Positions 41,353 through 53,480 of a stretch of 64,000 nucleotides of DNA are shown piece by piece. Within the stretch, counting starts at the first letter, position 1. Each line of letters starts with the position of its first letter. The position numbers and the translations under genes were made by a program. The notes below the pieces were generated by a model, which ran no database searches, had not been told where the DNA came from, and saw only the letters and a program-made list of their open reading frames with translations. The stretch lies in the NCBI RefSeq assembly GCF_056712565.1, contig NZ_CM160072.1; one strand, written 5' to 3'.

Positions 41353-42672
41353 TTAACTGCCCCAACGACTTTGCAGATAGCTGACCGCTTGTTGCGTCTG
41401 CGGTTTATTCAGATAGTCCTCACGGAACAAGATTGTGCCGCTAATTTCCGGCACAGCATCGTTAAGATCGAGCTGCTTTTTCAGTTCCGGTACGCCGCCA
41501 TTAATCATCCAGTCTGGCTCTATCTTTGAAGGTTCACCCACTTTATAGAAGGCGATACCGATATACAGGCGGGTCCTGGTCGGTTTAACGACATCCGCCC
41601 ACCATTTTGCCAACACGTCATAACGCGCGGCACTCCGTGAGAATGGCCAGTAAATTTGGGGAGCAATGTAATCCAGCAACCCTTGTTCCACCCATCGACG
41701 GGTATCAGCGTAGGATTCGTCATAGGCTGCCGCACCTCGGGTATCGGAACCGAGCGGATCGTGTGATCGGTTACGCCACACGCCTGCCGGGCTAACGCCA
41801 AATTCGACTTCCGGCTTAATGCTTTTAATGGTGTGCGATACCTTCGCAATTAACTGCTGAGTATTGTTGCGCCGCCAGTCTGCTTTTGACGCAAATGCGC
41901 CGCCGTATTTGCGGTACGTTTCGTTATCATTTAGCCGTGAACCTGGTGACTCAGTATAGAAATAGTCATCAAACTGCACGCCATCTACTGGATAGCGGGA
42001 AACCACTTCCGCGACTATTGATGTGATCCAGTCCTGAACCTCAGGGATGCCCGGGTCGAGGACAAAGCGATCGCCGGACGTTCTGATCCAGTCGCGGTGT
42101 TGCACATAGACGCTCGCCGGTTGTTGAGACAGAGTGCTATTCAGTTCCCTGATAGTACCGGGCTTCGTATTAACCGATACGCGATAGGGGTTAAACCAGG
42201 CGTGTACTTTCATCCCACGCTTGTGGGCTTCGTCGAGCATAAATTGCAGCGGATCGTAACCCGGATTTTCACCAATCTTACCGGTCATAAGATCGGACCA
42301 CGGCAAAATTTTCGATAGCCACAGGGCAGTACCATCCGGCTTGACCTGGAAAAAGACCGTGTTTATGCCGAGACGTTGCAGATGATCCAGTTTGTCGATC
42401 ATCGCCTGTTGTTGTACACGTGCCCGGCTGGTGGGGTTACTAATGTTAACCGAGGAAACCGGTGGCCAGTCGAGGCGAGACACCGTGGCCAGCCAGATGC
42501 CACGCATCGGTTGTGACGATTGTTGCGTCGTGGCTGGTGGCTTTGAGCCCGCTGGTGGTGTCACCATGGACTCTGGAGGCGTGCTTTTACAACTACACAG
42601 TAAAAGTGCCAGTGCAACCAGTATCGCTGGTCTTCTAATCGCTAATTTCTCGTTTCGGGAGCAGATATCCAT
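41353..42672 (-). CDS. yddW: Lipoprotein, glycoside-hydrolase-like
   Basis: 439-aa ORF with lipoprotein signal (…LLLCSCK…). Confidence 0.85.
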   Translation of the reverse strand: MDICSRNEKLAIRRPAILVALALLLCSCKSTPPESMVTPPAGSKPPATTQQSSQPMRGIWLATVSRLDWPPVSSVNISNPTSRARVQQQAMIDKLDHLQRLGINTVFFQVKPDGTALWLSKILPWSDLMTGKIGENPGYDPLQFMLDEAHKRGMKVHAWFNPYRVSVNTKPGTIRELNSTLSQQPASVYVQHRDWIRTSGDRFVLDPGIPEVQDWITSIVAEVVSRYPVDGVQFDDYFYTESPGSRLNDNETYRKYGGAFASKADWRRNNTQQLIAKVSHTIKSIKPEVEFGVSPAGVWRNRSHDPLGSDTRGAAAYDESYADTRRWVEQGLLDYIAPQIYWPFSRSAARYDVLAKWWADVVKPTRTRLYIGIAFYKVGEPSKIEPDWMINGGVPELKKQLDLNDAVPEISGTILFREDYLNKPQTQQAVSYLQSRWGS

Positions 42673-42802
42673 ATGTGCTGGTTTCCGGTAAACAGATGTG
42701 CGCTCATTCTCGTACTTATCCCGGTTAAGTCAATACGACAACAAGCACGAAAAAGGGAGCGATGAATTATCGCTCCCTTGTCTTATAACCATTCAGACAT
42801 GG

Positions 42803-44338
42803 TTAGTGTTTCTTGTCATTCATCACAATATAGTGTGGTGAACGTGCACGCGGGTGCAGGAAGAAGTGACCTTTTGGTGCGTTCTGACTGTTGATTGGCT
42901 CCAGAGTGACGCCGGTATTCGCTTTGCTTTTACGATCATGAACAGCATAGAGAATAAAGGGCAGGGCAAGTACCACCAGGAAACTAACGACCAGTAATTC
43001 AACATACATATCGGTAGAGTCACCCTGGATGTTATCCGGCGGCAGGAAGGAAACAATAAACGCCATAATTGAAGTCAGCAGACCGACAATAGCCACGACC
43101 AGTTTCACCCCTTTACCACCAGGGATATTAAATGTGCGTTTTAAGTCAGGATGTTTAAGAACCAACACAATGTAGCCAATAAACAGCATGAAATAAGCAC
43201 ACAGATAAATCACCACCGTCAGCGCCAGTGCGATCAGGAAGGACATGTTGTTACCGCCACCGGTATTGGTGAGGATGATCAACGCGATAGAAGTAATCAC
43301 CAACTGCGAAATGACCAGCGTTACCGGTACGCCATTTTTGTTCATTTTAGCGAATGCCGCTGGCAGCAGGTTTTTCTGCGCTGTGACATACATCCCGCGA
43401 GAAGGACCAACAATCCAGGAAGCGATTTCCGCCAGAACACCCAGCAACAGCAGTGCGGAGATCACGCGAACCGTCCACTCAATTTCCGGTGCCACATGTG
43501 ACATCAGAACGGTAAAGGTTTGCATTACCCCTGCGGAGAGGTTGATTTCATTACCCGGAATGACCATCGCAATAGACAAACCGCCAACAGAGCTTAAGCA
43601 GATTGCCGCCACCATCAGCAGTAACATAGCCAGTGGATAGTCGCGCCCGGGGTTGCTCATTTCATTGACGTGGGTTGCGGAAGCTTCAACGCCCATATAA
43701 CTCAAAATGAAGGCAACAAATACAACCAGGGTGCCCACTTTAGAGAAGTCAGGGAAGAAGGTCTTCGCATCCATTTCGATAGCAACGGGGGCACCGGAGT
43801 GCAGATAAATAGCCGCTAATGCGATCAAAATAAATGCAGGTAACAGGATACCGGCGAAGAAGCCAACTTTAGCAATTCGCGCCGTGTATTTCGTGCCACC
43901 AAACTGCGTTAATGCCAGCGCCCAAAGAATGATGAGTGCTGCAATAGTTTTGGTAATGGGGTCTTCATTCAGCGCTGGCCATTTCAGGATGTAGGAGAGT
44001 GCCCCTAACACGAAATAGAGCATCGGAATAAAACCAATGGCGATTTGCAGATAGCCAAATGAGATCGCTGCAAATCCCCATCTCGGCCCCAGAGTATTTG
44101 ATACCCAGGCGAAGACGCCACCTTCTTCCCAGCCGTCGACGGTAGCCATTTCCGCAGCACAAAGTCCCACGGGAATAAACCATAAAATCCCGCCTAATAG
44201 CAGGAAGAAGACTAATGAAAAGCCCGATGTTGCGAAGGTAGGGTATTCATAAACAGCCATTACCATCGATGCCGTTATGGCAAAAAATCCGAGTAATGTG
44301 AGCTGCTTAGCTTTACCTGTCTGTACTGATGTAGCCAT
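42803..44338 (-). CDS. gadC: Glutamate:GABA antiporter
   Basis: 511-aa APC-family membrane ORF directly downstream of gadB. Confidence 0.9.
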   Translation of the reverse strand: MATSVQTGKAKQLTLLGFFAITASMVMAVYEYPTFATSGFSLVFFLLLGGILWFIPVGLCAAEMATVDGWEEGGVFAWVSNTLGPRWGFAAISFGYLQIAIGFIPMLYFVLGALSYILKWPALNEDPITKTIAALIILWALALTQFGGTKYTARIAKVGFFAGILLPAFILIALAAIYLHSGAPVAIEMDAKTFFPDFSKVGTLVVFVAFILSYMGVEASATHVNEMSNPGRDYPLAMLLLMVAAICLSSVGGLSIAMVIPGNEINLSAGVMQTFTVLMSHVAPEIEWTVRVISALLLLGVLAEIASWIVGPSRGMYVTAQKNLLPAAFAKMNKNGVPVTLVISQLVITSIALIILTNTGGGNNMSFLIALALTVVIYLCAYFMLFIGYIVLVLKHPDLKRTFNIPGGKGVKLVVAIVGLLTSIMAFIVSFLPPDNIQGDSTDMYVELLVVSFLVVLALPFILYAVHDRKSKANTGVTLEPINSQNAPKGHFFLHPRARSPHYIVMNDKKH

Positions 44339-44493
44339 ATTATCCCCCTAAAACGGTATTCCTGTCGGAACCGCACCTGTTTTGTTCTGAAGCGTATTCA
44401 GAACAATATTTTCCGTTGCTAATGCCAGTGAACAGACTTTGGAAATTGTCCCGAAACGGCTTCGTTTCGGGACACCGTTACCGTTAAACGTTA

Positions 44494-45894
44494 TCAGGTG
44501 TGTTTAAAGCTGTTCTGCTGGGCAATACCCTGCAGTTTCGGGTGGTCGCTGAGATATTTCAGGGAGGCTTTGTAGTCTTCCAGCAACAGTTCAGCAAAGT
44601 CCATTTCGAAGCCGCGACGACACATAATGCGCATCACCACGATGTCGGTGGCTTCACCGCCGAGAGTGAAGGCCGGAACCTGCCAGCCGCGCAGACGCAG
44701 ACGTTCAGAGAGGTCATACAGGGTGTATCCCGGATCTTCACCATCTTTCAGTTTGAAGCAAACCGCCGGGATGCCTTCGTCCGGGCGACCGGTACAGATG
44801 AACTCATACGGCCCCAGTTTGGCGATTTCATCCGCCAGATAAGCAGCAACCTGGTAGGAAGCGTTCTGTACTTTGGTATAGCCTTCACGACCGAGGCGCA
44901 GGAATTCATAGTACTGTGCAATCACCTGACCCGCCGGGCGGGAGAAGTTGATGGCGAAAGTACCAATCTGACCGCCGAGGTAGTCAACGTTGAACACCAG
45001 TTCCTGCGGCAGCGCTTCTTCATCACGCCAGATAACCCAGCCGCAGCCCAGCGGAGCCAGACCGAATTTATGGCCTGAAGCACTGATCGATTTCACACGC
45101 GGCAGGCGGAAGTCCCAGACGATATCCGGGGCGACGAACGGTGCCAGGAAGCCACCGCTGGCGGCGTCGATGTGCATGTCGATGTCGATACCGGTGTCGG
45201 CCTGGAATTTATCCAGCGCATCGTGCAGCGGCTGCGGGAACTCATAGTTACCGGTGTAGGTCACGCCGAAAGTCGGCACCACGCCGATGGTGTTTTCGTC
45301 GCAGGCTTCAATCATGCGTTTCGGGTCCATAAACAACTGACCGGGGCGCATAGGGATCTCACGCAACTCCACATCCCAGTAGCGGGCGAATTTATGCCAG
45401 CAGATTTGTACCGGACCGCACACCAGGTTCGGTTTGTTAGTCGGCTTACCTGCAGCTTCCATACGCTTGCGCCAACGCCATTTCATCGCCATCCCGCCGA
45501 GCATACAGGCCTCGGAAGAACCAATGGTGTTGGTGCCAACGGCCTGACCATTTTTCGGTGCAGGCGCATGCCACAGATCGGCAACCATGTTTACGCAACG
45601 CAGATCGATTGCTGCAGATTGCGGATATTCTTCTTTGTCGATCCAGTTTTTGTTAATGGATAAATCCATCAACTTATGGACATTATCGTCGTCCCAGGTC
45701 TGGCAGAAAGTGGCCAGGTTCTGACGAGCGTTGCCATCAAGATATAATTCATCATTGATAATCTGGAATGCGACATCATCACGCATTTCGTGCAGCGGAA
45801 AACGTTTTGATTCTGCGATAGTGGAAATAGACTTCGCACCAAAACGTGAATCGAGTAGTTCCGACCTTAAATCCGTTACTTGCTTCTTATCCAT
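44494..45894 (-). CDS. gadB: Glutamate decarboxylase beta (PLP-dependent)
   Basis: Track ORF 44494..45963 trimmed to [19 protein letters not shown]... to give 466 aa; PLP-lysine motif SISASGHKF. Confidence 0.9.
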   Translation of the reverse strand: MDKKQVTDLRSELLDSRFGAKSISTIAESKRFPLHEMRDDVAFQIINDELYLDGNARQNLATFCQTWDDDNVHKLMDLSINKNWIDKEEYPQSAAIDLRCVNMVADLWHAPAPKNGQAVGTNTIGSSEACMLGGMAMKWRWRKRMEAAGKPTNKPNLVCGPVQICWHKFARYWDVELREIPMRPGQLFMDPKRMIEACDENTIGVVPTFGVTYTGNYEFPQPLHDALDKFQADTGIDIDMHIDAASGGFLAPFVAPDIVWDFRLPRVKSISASGHKFGLAPLGCGWVIWRDEEALPQELVFNVDYLGGQIGTFAINFSRPAGQVIAQYYEFLRLGREGYTKVQNASYQVAAYLADEIAKLGPYEFICTGRPDEGIPAVCFKLKDGEDPGYTLYDLSERLRLRGWQVPAFTLGGEATDIVVMRIMCRRGFEMDFAELLLEDYKASLKYLSDHPKLQGIAQQNSFKHT

Positions 45895-46254
45895 TTTAAA
45901 CTCCTTAAAATGATTGGATCGCATTAAAAAAGTAGGATTTATCGATAAAGTAAGCAAGTGCAAAGGACTCGGTTTTAAATAACAAAATCCTAATGTTATT
46001 TATCGCGAGATATTGCGTGAATAATGTATTTTTATTAAAAAACAACATAATAGAGAATTCTGTGTGGAGGTAAGGTGTTTTATGTTGTTATTTTATGTGT
46101 TTTCTATCGTCTCCTGAATTATCACGTAAAAATCAGACCTTATAATATCATTATTAGTACACGGTTATTTACTTTGAACACATTTATAAATTATTACATA
46201 AAAATAGCGAATATTGATAAAATCCCCGCCAACGATGTGTTGACGGGGCTGTGA

Positions 46255-49050
46255 TTATTTTGGCAATAATACTCCGGTATAGGTATTCACCGGATGAGAA
46301 AGATATTGTTTAACAGCAGTGTTAACATTCTCTACCGTCATTTGTTTCAACAATTGCTCCTGCTCAGTCCATGCTGCAGGATCGTCATATTGAATAAGAC
46401 TATTTACAATGGTATTCGCTAATTGTTGAACGCTACGCTGTTGGATATCGAGGCTGCGCTGAACGTTTTGCTGGTATTCGTTCAGTTCTTGCTCACTAAT
46501 CCCTTTGGCCAGACGCTTAACCATCACTTCATTCGCTAACGTTAACAGTTCATCATGTCGTTCTGGTTGACAAGTAAAAGCCAGCAAATGACTGATATCT
46601 TTGGCCTGAGGATCAACCGAGAGGCGAGAAGAAACGCTGTATGCTCCAGATGCCTGTTCACGAATATTAATGCGTAGATCTTTTGCCAGTGCGACGTTAA
46701 AAGCATCGAGCGCCATACGCGTCGCCAGATTAACAGGAGTCCGGGAATTATAACGCTTCCACTGTGAAACCTGTGCCACTGGTTCATTTTGTTCTTTTAC
46801 AGTAACCGATGCGTTGTCCGTCGCGCGAGTTAATGGTTTACCTGCGGCTAATGGCGAATCAGAGTGTTTGATTGATCCTAAGTAACGCGTAATTAACGCC
46901 ACGAGTTTGTCTTCTGCGACATTACCGACAATGACAAACGTGATATCCGCTGGAGATGAAAACAACTGGCGATCGGCAGCCAGCGCATCTGCGGCAGTAA
47001 ACTGTGCAATCTGATTTTCTTGCGGTAATTTCGTGCGGCCATCGGCATAGCGCGTCTCATACATCTGCTGGGCGAATTTCTCCGCTGGACGCTGGTCGAG
47101 CGTTTTCAACGCCTGAATTTGAGCATTTTGTAGCGATGCCCAAATATTGTCGTTAATCGTGCTGTGGTTGATTCGCTGGTTAATCAACTGGAAACCAGGT
47201 TCAGGGTTATTAGTCCGCGCGCTAACGGAGAGCAATGTATTCATGCCACTGACTTTACTGCTCATGGTTACCGAGTTTTCCGCACTCCAGCGTTTCAGGC
47301 TGGAAGAGGAGAGTTCACCAACGCCGCTTCCGCTTACTGCTTTATTTGCCAGCGCGATAAGTGATTTTTGCTGCGCAGGGAAACTTAAATCGCCTTTATT
47401 AGATACGGCAGTAATTTGTAGCTTTTGCTCTTCACCCGCGGATTTTGCCAGAATAACCCTGGCACCATTGGAAAGTGTTAATGATGTCAGATTCTCAGCC
47501 AGCGTTTCTTTGCTGCTAATTTCCGCCTGTGGGTCAGCGTCTACTGTTAACGATAAATTTCTGCCTGGGAAGATGTAAGCTGCCAGCTTTTTATTGGCGT
47601 ACTCTTTTTCCAGCGCCAGGATAGCCGCAGGAGACAATGCTTTTTTGGCGGCAACTTCATTGTTTACCATTTGCTCCCAAAATGCGTCCTGGTTCTTTCT
47701 TAACTGCTGCCATTTTTCCGCCAGACTTTGCACGGTAATTTGCTGCCACAGACGTTTCGAAAGTTGATATGTCTCTTCCGGCGACAAGAACGGCGTATTA
47801 TTTAATGAGCTGGATGCTAGGCGACTGGTCAGCATACGTAAATCACGCTCAGCTTGCTGATCAACCGCATTTTTCAGCCAGGTAAGGCGGGTAGATTTAA
47901 CATCATCGAGTTCTTCAGCAGAAAAACCATGCTGATCAATGGTTGCCAACTCTGCCATTAATGCATTCGCAGCATCCTGCATATTATCGTCTCGTGCATT
48001 TACACGGAAAAATAGCGACTGATAATCGGGTGCAATTTTGACGCTGCGCGCAGTGCCGCCAGAAATAGTCTTCAACTCGCCCGACTGTATGCGTTCCTGC
48101 AGACGTTGGTTGAACAGCTGAACCAACATGCTCCATTCAGCTTGTTCGATAAAGCTTTGCTCATCGTTCACTTGTACCATTGGCAGGCGATAATAGAGTG
48201 CGATGCCGTTCACCCGGTTTTCTTTATCATTGATGATATTAAAGCGCAGGTGGTTTTCGGCTTTTGTCGGCCAGACGCGATTTTCAGCTGCTTTGTTAGC
48301 CGGAAGCTTACTTAAATTATCCTTTATCAGCGCCAGCGCTTCTTTACTGTCGATATCGCCGACCACAATAAAGGTCATATTATTTGGTTGATACCAGCGT
48401 TGATAAAATTGGCGCAATTGTGCCGGTGTGACCGTGGCGACGGTATCCATCAGGCCGATAGGTTCACGGTCTAAATTACGGGTATTTGCCAGCAGGAAAG
48501 GGCGGCGCGCCTGAGAGGTGCGCCATTTCGCATCCTGATGGGCACGCCATTCCTCAGTAATTACGCCGCGTTCAGCGTCTACTTCGAGTTTTTCAAAGGT
48601 TGCGGCATTACTCCATTCACTGAAGATTGCCATCACTTGTTGCAGATTTTGTTTCTGCGTAGTCGGCAAACTCACCTGATACACTGTTTCGTCATAGCTG
48701 GTATAGGCATTAACATCGCGACCAAAACGCAGGCCCATTGACTCAAATGTTTCGATGACTTTATTACCCGGCCATGTTTTTGTGCCGTTAAACATCATAT
48801 GTTCTACAAAATGAGCCACGCCGCGCTCATTGTCTTCTTCCTGCAATGAACCGGTATGAATTTGCAGCCATAAATTTACCTGATCCTTTGGTTGAGCATG
48901 CGGATAAATCATATATCGCAAGCCATTGTCCAGTTGCCCGGTAATTAACTTTTCATCCTGCGGTAAGGCGGCGGCAATCAGTCGCCCGGGGAGCAACAGA
49001 GTTGCCACTAACGTCAGTAAGAAACAGAGGTTTCTCATAATTATCTCCAT
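46255..49050 (-). CDS. pqqL: Periplasmic M16-family zinc peptidase
   Basis: 931-aa ORF with signal peptide and inverted zinc-binding motif HFVEHMMFNGT. Confidence 0.9.
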   Translation of the reverse strand: MEIIMRNLCFLLTLVATLLLPGRLIAAALPQDEKLITGQLDNGLRYMIYPHAQPKDQVNLWLQIHTGSLQEEDNERGVAHFVEHMMFNGTKTWPGNKVIETFESMGLRFGRDVNAYTSYDETVYQVSLPTTQKQNLQQVMAIFSEWSNAATFEKLEVDAERGVITEEWRAHQDAKWRTSQARRPFLLANTRNLDREPIGLMDTVATVTPAQLRQFYQRWYQPNNMTFIVVGDIDSKEALALIKDNLSKLPANKAAENRVWPTKAENHLRFNIINDKENRVNGIALYYRLPMVQVNDEQSFIEQAEWSMLVQLFNQRLQERIQSGELKTISGGTARSVKIAPDYQSLFFRVNARDDNMQDAANALMAELATIDQHGFSAEELDDVKSTRLTWLKNAVDQQAERDLRMLTSRLASSSLNNTPFLSPEETYQLSKRLWQQITVQSLAEKWQQLRKNQDAFWEQMVNNEVAAKKALSPAAILALEKEYANKKLAAYIFPGRNLSLTVDADPQAEISSKETLAENLTSLTLSNGARVILAKSAGEEQKLQITAVSNKGDLSFPAQQKSLIALANKAVSGSGVGELSSSSLKRWSAENSVTMSSKVSGMNTLLSVSARTNNPEPGFQLINQRINHSTINDNIWASLQNAQIQALKTLDQRPAEKFAQQMYETRYADGRTKLPQENQIAQFTAADALAADRQLFSSPADITFVIVGNVAEDKLVALITRYLGSIKHSDSPLAAGKPLTRATDNASVTVKEQNEPVAQVSQWKRYNSRTPVNLATRMALDAFNVALAKDLRINIREQASGAYSVSSRLSVDPQAKDISHLLAFTCQPERHDELLTLANEVMVKRLAKGISEQELNEYQQNVQRSLDIQQRSVQQLANTIVNSLIQYDDPAAWTEQEQLLKQMTVENVNTAVKQYLSHPVNTYTGVLLPK

Positions 49051-49094
49051 GCGAAAACCGGGCGAATTTACCCGGTAAAGTAAAATCCGAACTA

Positions 49095-51467
49095 TTAAAA
49101 TTTCATGCTGACATCAAGCCAGAAAGTACGGCCACTGGCGTAGGTCGCCACGCCAGTATTCGTTGTATCAACAGCGGTTTTGCTATCCAGTACATTGAGA
49201 ATATCGGCACTGATCGTCAGGTTTTGTTGTTTCAGAAATTGTGGCGTCCAGGACAAGCGGGTGTCCCAGGTCAGGCTGCTATCCAGTTTCTCGTCAACAT
49301 ACTGCTTGTAATCTGAATATTCGCTGATGTATTGCGCATTCGTCTTACCCAGGATAATGCGAGCTTTACGCGCTTCTTGCCAGGTCAGCGTATTCGCCCA
49401 CACCAACCCGCTCGGTTGATGCGTGAAATCCATGTTTAAGGAGATCTTTAATGGATTATTAAAATCCGCCACTGGAACGCTATCGTAAGAGACCAGATTA
49501 CCGTTATAAACCACCCGGTTATCACCGGTATTGCTCTCCTCATAACCATTGTTTAACGACAAGTTGCCCTTGCTCTTGATATAGCTAAAGACAATTTGCG
49601 GGTTAATATCTACCTGGCTGATATGCAGGGGTTCGGCCAGTTCAAAACTGAGGTTAAACGAATGTGTTTTGGTTTTGCCATCGTTGTTATATTCAGTAAT
49701 GGTGGTTTTAGTCGCGCTGTCGGTACGACTGCTTTTGCTGATTTGATCATGCGCTTCACGGTAAACATAGTTTGCACGCGCAATAACGTTCTTACCGATT
49801 TTCTGCTGCAATCCCATTGCCAGTTCATCGTTATAAGGCGTTTTCAAATCCTGATAACGCGTCAGGGTTTTATTGCCTGATACCGATTCCGTCCAGCTAT
49901 TGCGGATATCACGTAATCCCATATCAAGAATATTCCCGCCATAGTAACGGTTATAACCTGCAGTAATCATTGAGGTTTGATCAGCAAAAATATCCCATTC
50001 CGTCATAAAGCGCGGGGAGATATTGTGGTTTGACAGATAGTTATCATAGTCATACCGCACGCCGGGCATTAACGACACATTACGCCAGCTAATGCGATCC
50101 GCCATATACAGCGTGTAATTGTCAATTCCCAGACTACCTTTACCTTTATGGTAAATTGTATGGTTAGTTTTCTTTCCGGCAGCATTAATCACATAGGATT
50201 CAGACTGGTTATGGCGTTCAGTCCATGCATCGGAATAGATGTATTCCGCGCCGAAGTAGGGTTGATGCGAAACATTACCCACGGCGAATTTTTGCCAGTC
50301 CAGGCGTGTTTTGAAGGTGTAATTATCTACAGCCTGGGAAATGTGTCCTAATCCGCCACGGGTGCAACGCCCTGAAATATCACCATATGTACATGAAAGT
50401 TCGGTGTACCAGATGTCATGATCGTGACGGGTATAATCACTAATATGATCCCAACCAACGGTGGTACGCAGTTTGGCCCATGCGAGCTGGGTATCCATAT
50501 CCCATGCCAGACCATAGGATTTATTACCCATTTCGCGATCAGACTCCGGGAAGGTGCTGGTATTATAATCACGGCTGGAGCCGGTATATTTTAAGGTTAA
50601 ATCGTGGGTAAAGCGGTCGCTGGCAAACCAGGTAAATTTGCTCAATGCAGTATCGATAACGTTTTTATACTGTGCCCTGCCGGCGACAATGCCGTCATTC
50701 GAAACATAATCCGCGCGGGTGATATCAGACTGGCGGCGCGATAAACCAGCGGTAACGCCAAAGTTATCAGCGAGTTCCTGATTAAACGACAAGGTATAAA
50801 AGTTCTTTTTAAAATCTGGAGAGTAATAAGTACTTCCTGAAGAACCTTGATTAAATGCGCTCTTGTTATTCTCATCGATATGCGATGTTAACCAGTCCGA
50901 ACGCGTAGTGCGATAACCCAGTTTCACGCTGCTATCATCAGCGTTGAAGCGTTTGATCTTTGCATCAATTACCCCGCCATTGAAGCGACCGAATTCAACT
51001 GGCACAAAACTGTCATAAAGCGTCACATTGTCCAGTAAGCTGACATCAAGATAATACCCCTGTGACATCCCGCTAATATTGGTTGCACTACTGGCATCGG
51101 ACTCATTCGCTGGGTTCAGGTTATTCGTTGCACTAATACCGTCAATCAAATAGGCATTCTGGTAGGGCGACGCACCGTGAATAGAGATTTTCTCCGGGCG
51201 AATATCTCCCTGGTTCAATGAGGTACTTTGCGTTGAATCCATGCGTACCGCAGGGTTGGTTCTCAGCAGATCGCTGATATTGCCATTCCCGGTCGGTAAA
51301 CGCTCGATGCTTTCACTGGTGTAATGCGTGTTGCCGTTTACGGGTACAGGGACAGGAGCATAGACCGTCATCTCTTCAAAAACATGCATGTACATATTTT
51401 TGTCATCGACGGCCTGCGCCACATCAGCGCCACATAAAATGACGCCAGGAATAAGAACTCGCTTCAT
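49095..51467 (-). CDS. yddB: TonB-dependent-receptor-like outer membrane protein
   Basis: 790-aa ORF with signal peptide and C-terminal Phe (…DVSMKF). Confidence 0.85.
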   Translation of the reverse strand: MKRVLIPGVILCGADVAQAVDDKNMYMHVFEEMTVYAPVPVPVNGNTHYTSESIERLPTGNGNISDLLRTNPAVRMDSTQSTSLNQGDIRPEKISIHGASPYQNAYLIDGISATNNLNPANESDASSATNISGMSQGYYLDVSLLDNVTLYDSFVPVEFGRFNGGVIDAKIKRFNADDSSVKLGYRTTRSDWLTSHIDENNKSAFNQGSSGSTYYSPDFKKNFYTLSFNQELADNFGVTAGLSRRQSDITRADYVSNDGIVAGRAQYKNVIDTALSKFTWFASDRFTHDLTLKYTGSSRDYNTSTFPESDREMGNKSYGLAWDMDTQLAWAKLRTTVGWDHISDYTRHDHDIWYTELSCTYGDISGRCTRGGLGHISQAVDNYTFKTRLDWQKFAVGNVSHQPYFGAEYIYSDAWTERHNQSESYVINAAGKKTNHTIYHKGKGSLGIDNYTLYMADRISWRNVSLMPGVRYDYDNYLSNHNISPRFMTEWDIFADQTSMITAGYNRYYGGNILDMGLRDIRNSWTESVSGNKTLTRYQDLKTPYNDELAMGLQQKIGKNVIARANYVYREAHDQISKSSRTDSATKTTITEYNNDGKTKTHSFNLSFELAEPLHISQVDINPQIVFSYIKSKGNLSLNNGYEESNTGDNRVVYNGNLVSYDSVPVADFNNPLKISLNMDFTHQPSGLVWANTLTWQEARKARIILGKTNAQYISEYSDYKQYVDEKLDSSLTWDTRLSWTPQFLKQQNLTISADILNVLDSKTAVDTTNTGVATYASGRTFWLDVSMKF

Positions 51468-51504
51468 TTATTTATATCTCCGTACAGCAGGGCTTTTATT
51501 GTTT

Positions 51505-53190
51505 TTATATAACCGCGCTAATGTCACAAATATCATCGACCAGGTTCCAGACACCGGGTTGATGTGTAACCATAATGACGCCGCTTGTGGGGAGTTTTTC
51601 TCGCACTAAACGCAGTAAGCGGATTGCCTCTTGTTCCTCAAGATGAGAGGTAGTTTCGTCAAGAAATATCCATTTCGGACGTCGTAAAATTAATCGAGCC
51701 AGGGCGATACGTTGTTTTTCGCCGCTGGAAAGAATATCTCCCCAGCGATCGTGATCATGAATACGCGCAGCCAATTTCCCCAGACCAACCTGATGCAGTA
51801 CTTCGCTCAACGATTTATCGTCTACGGACAGGGGAAGTGCTTTACAAATAATCTCTTTCAGTAAGCCGGTTTTGATTAACGGTGTTTGTGACACATACCA
51901 ACTGTCAGCAGGAGAAGAAATATCACCTTTAAACCACGGCCAGCAGTGGGATAATGTTTTAAGCAGTGTGGTTTTTCCCGCACCAGAGTAACCTTTCAGC
52001 AATAGCCATTTGCCTGGCGAAACATGAAAGTTCAGGTTCTCTAATATGATCTTATTATCAGGAGTACGAATACTCGCGTCAGCCACTTGTACCGCATGTT
52101 GACAATTTTTAGGCTTATTCGTAGGGCGCTGTTCGGTGAGTTGATGGAACTCATACAAGCGATCGATAACCGCAGCCAGTTCAGCAAGTTCATCATATTT
52201 ATAAATAAACCAGCTTAAATTGTTCGATACCAGCATAAATGCCTGGCGCGATTTCATCAGTCCGCCCAGATTGATCTGCCCGCTAATAAACTGCGGCAAT
52301 AACAGAAAGTAGGGAAGAACGCTAAGCGAGCGCGAATAAATATTCTGCCAGTAATCAAGCCACCGCTGACGATTCATTAAACGATGCCAGTTCTCTTTAA
52401 TGGTATGAAAATTTTCGCTCAACTCCTGGCGTTGTAGAGACTCAGCATTGCTTAGCGCAATCAGTTCTGCCTGCTTATTATGCTGCACAAGATTAGTTCG
52501 AAATGTCGCTTCGCTACGTTGTTTTTCCACATTAAGTGGACGAATACGTTTACCAACCTTATGGGTAAATAAAGTTCCACCGATCACAATGAGCACGACG
52601 GTATAGACCATATACCCCTGGATACTCCATTCAGTTCCACCAACAGTGAATGAGAGCGTACCCGCGCTTTGCCAAAGAATAACGGTAAAGGTGATCAGCA
52701 TGCTAAGTGACTGGATGAAGCCAAATGAAAGGCTGAGCGTTTTGCTGATCAGTAAGAGAATGTCTTCAGCGATACGTTGGTCAGGGTTATCTGTATTTTT
52801 ATGCTCGCCGTAGATCTGCGTGAAGTAGTAGTTTTTATCTGCAAACCAGCGATTAAGGTAGTAATCTGTTAACCATTCGCGCCAGCGAATAGTCAGTAGT
52901 TTAATTAACCATGTTTTGTTTACGGATATTAATACAAAGATCCCCAGCAGGGCAGGGAACCAAAGGACAAGCTGCCAAAGCTTATCAGTTTCTTTCTGGC
53001 TTAGCGCATTGAAAAAATCATTATTCCAGTCGTTTAACCAGACCTGAATTTTAACCACGCCAAGGATCATGGCGAGGATAATAATGATTAACAACACTGA
53101 AGTTTTATTATTCTTACGCAGCCAAAAGGGCTTCAGCAGACAGAGATACTTTGCTATCAACATACAAAACGTAATGGGAATGGTTATCAT
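51505..53190 (-). CDS. yddA: Fused ABC transporter permease/ATPase
   Basis: 561-aa ORF with N-terminal membrane domain and C-terminal Walker A (GYSGAGKTT) and ABC signature (LSSGEKQR). Confidence 0.85.
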   Translation of the reverse strand: MITIPITFCMLIAKYLCLLKPFWLRKNNKTSVLLIIIILAMILGVVKIQVWLNDWNNDFFNALSQKETDKLWQLVLWFPALLGIFVLISVNKTWLIKLLTIRWREWLTDYYLNRWFADKNYYFTQIYGEHKNTDNPDQRIAEDILLLISKTLSLSFGFIQSLSMLITFTVILWQSAGTLSFTVGGTEWSIQGYMVYTVVLIVIGGTLFTHKVGKRIRPLNVEKQRSEATFRTNLVQHNKQAELIALSNAESLQRQELSENFHTIKENWHRLMNRQRWLDYWQNIYSRSLSVLPYFLLLPQFISGQINLGGLMKSRQAFMLVSNNLSWFIYKYDELAELAAVIDRLYEFHQLTEQRPTNKPKNCQHAVQVADASIRTPDNKIILENLNFHVSPGKWLLLKGYSGAGKTTLLKTLSHCWPWFKGDISSPADSWYVSQTPLIKTGLLKEIICKALPLSVDDKSLSEVLHQVGLGKLAARIHDHDRWGDILSSGEKQRIALARLILRRPKWIFLDETTSHLEEQEAIRLLRLVREKLPTSGVIMVTHQPGVWNLVDDICDISAVI

Positions 53191-53480
53191 TAGCGAAAAT
53201 TGATTGTGCCACCCAATGATTATCTATGGCAATGATATACTGATGAAATTTATTTAAGTATCATTTAACAATATGAAATATAAAGAAATATTTAATTTTC
53301 AGTGGTTATGGTTATACTATTGATAATCAAGGGTATTGCTAATGCCCTGACGCATACCTCGTAAGCCAGGATTTTCGCAAAGGAAGATGATGAAGACGAA
53401 ACACCCGACAGGAATTTATGTCGGGTGCCTTGTTAAGGTCATAAGAAGGAGGCTAAGAATGGAGCTAAGGGGGAGCGTTA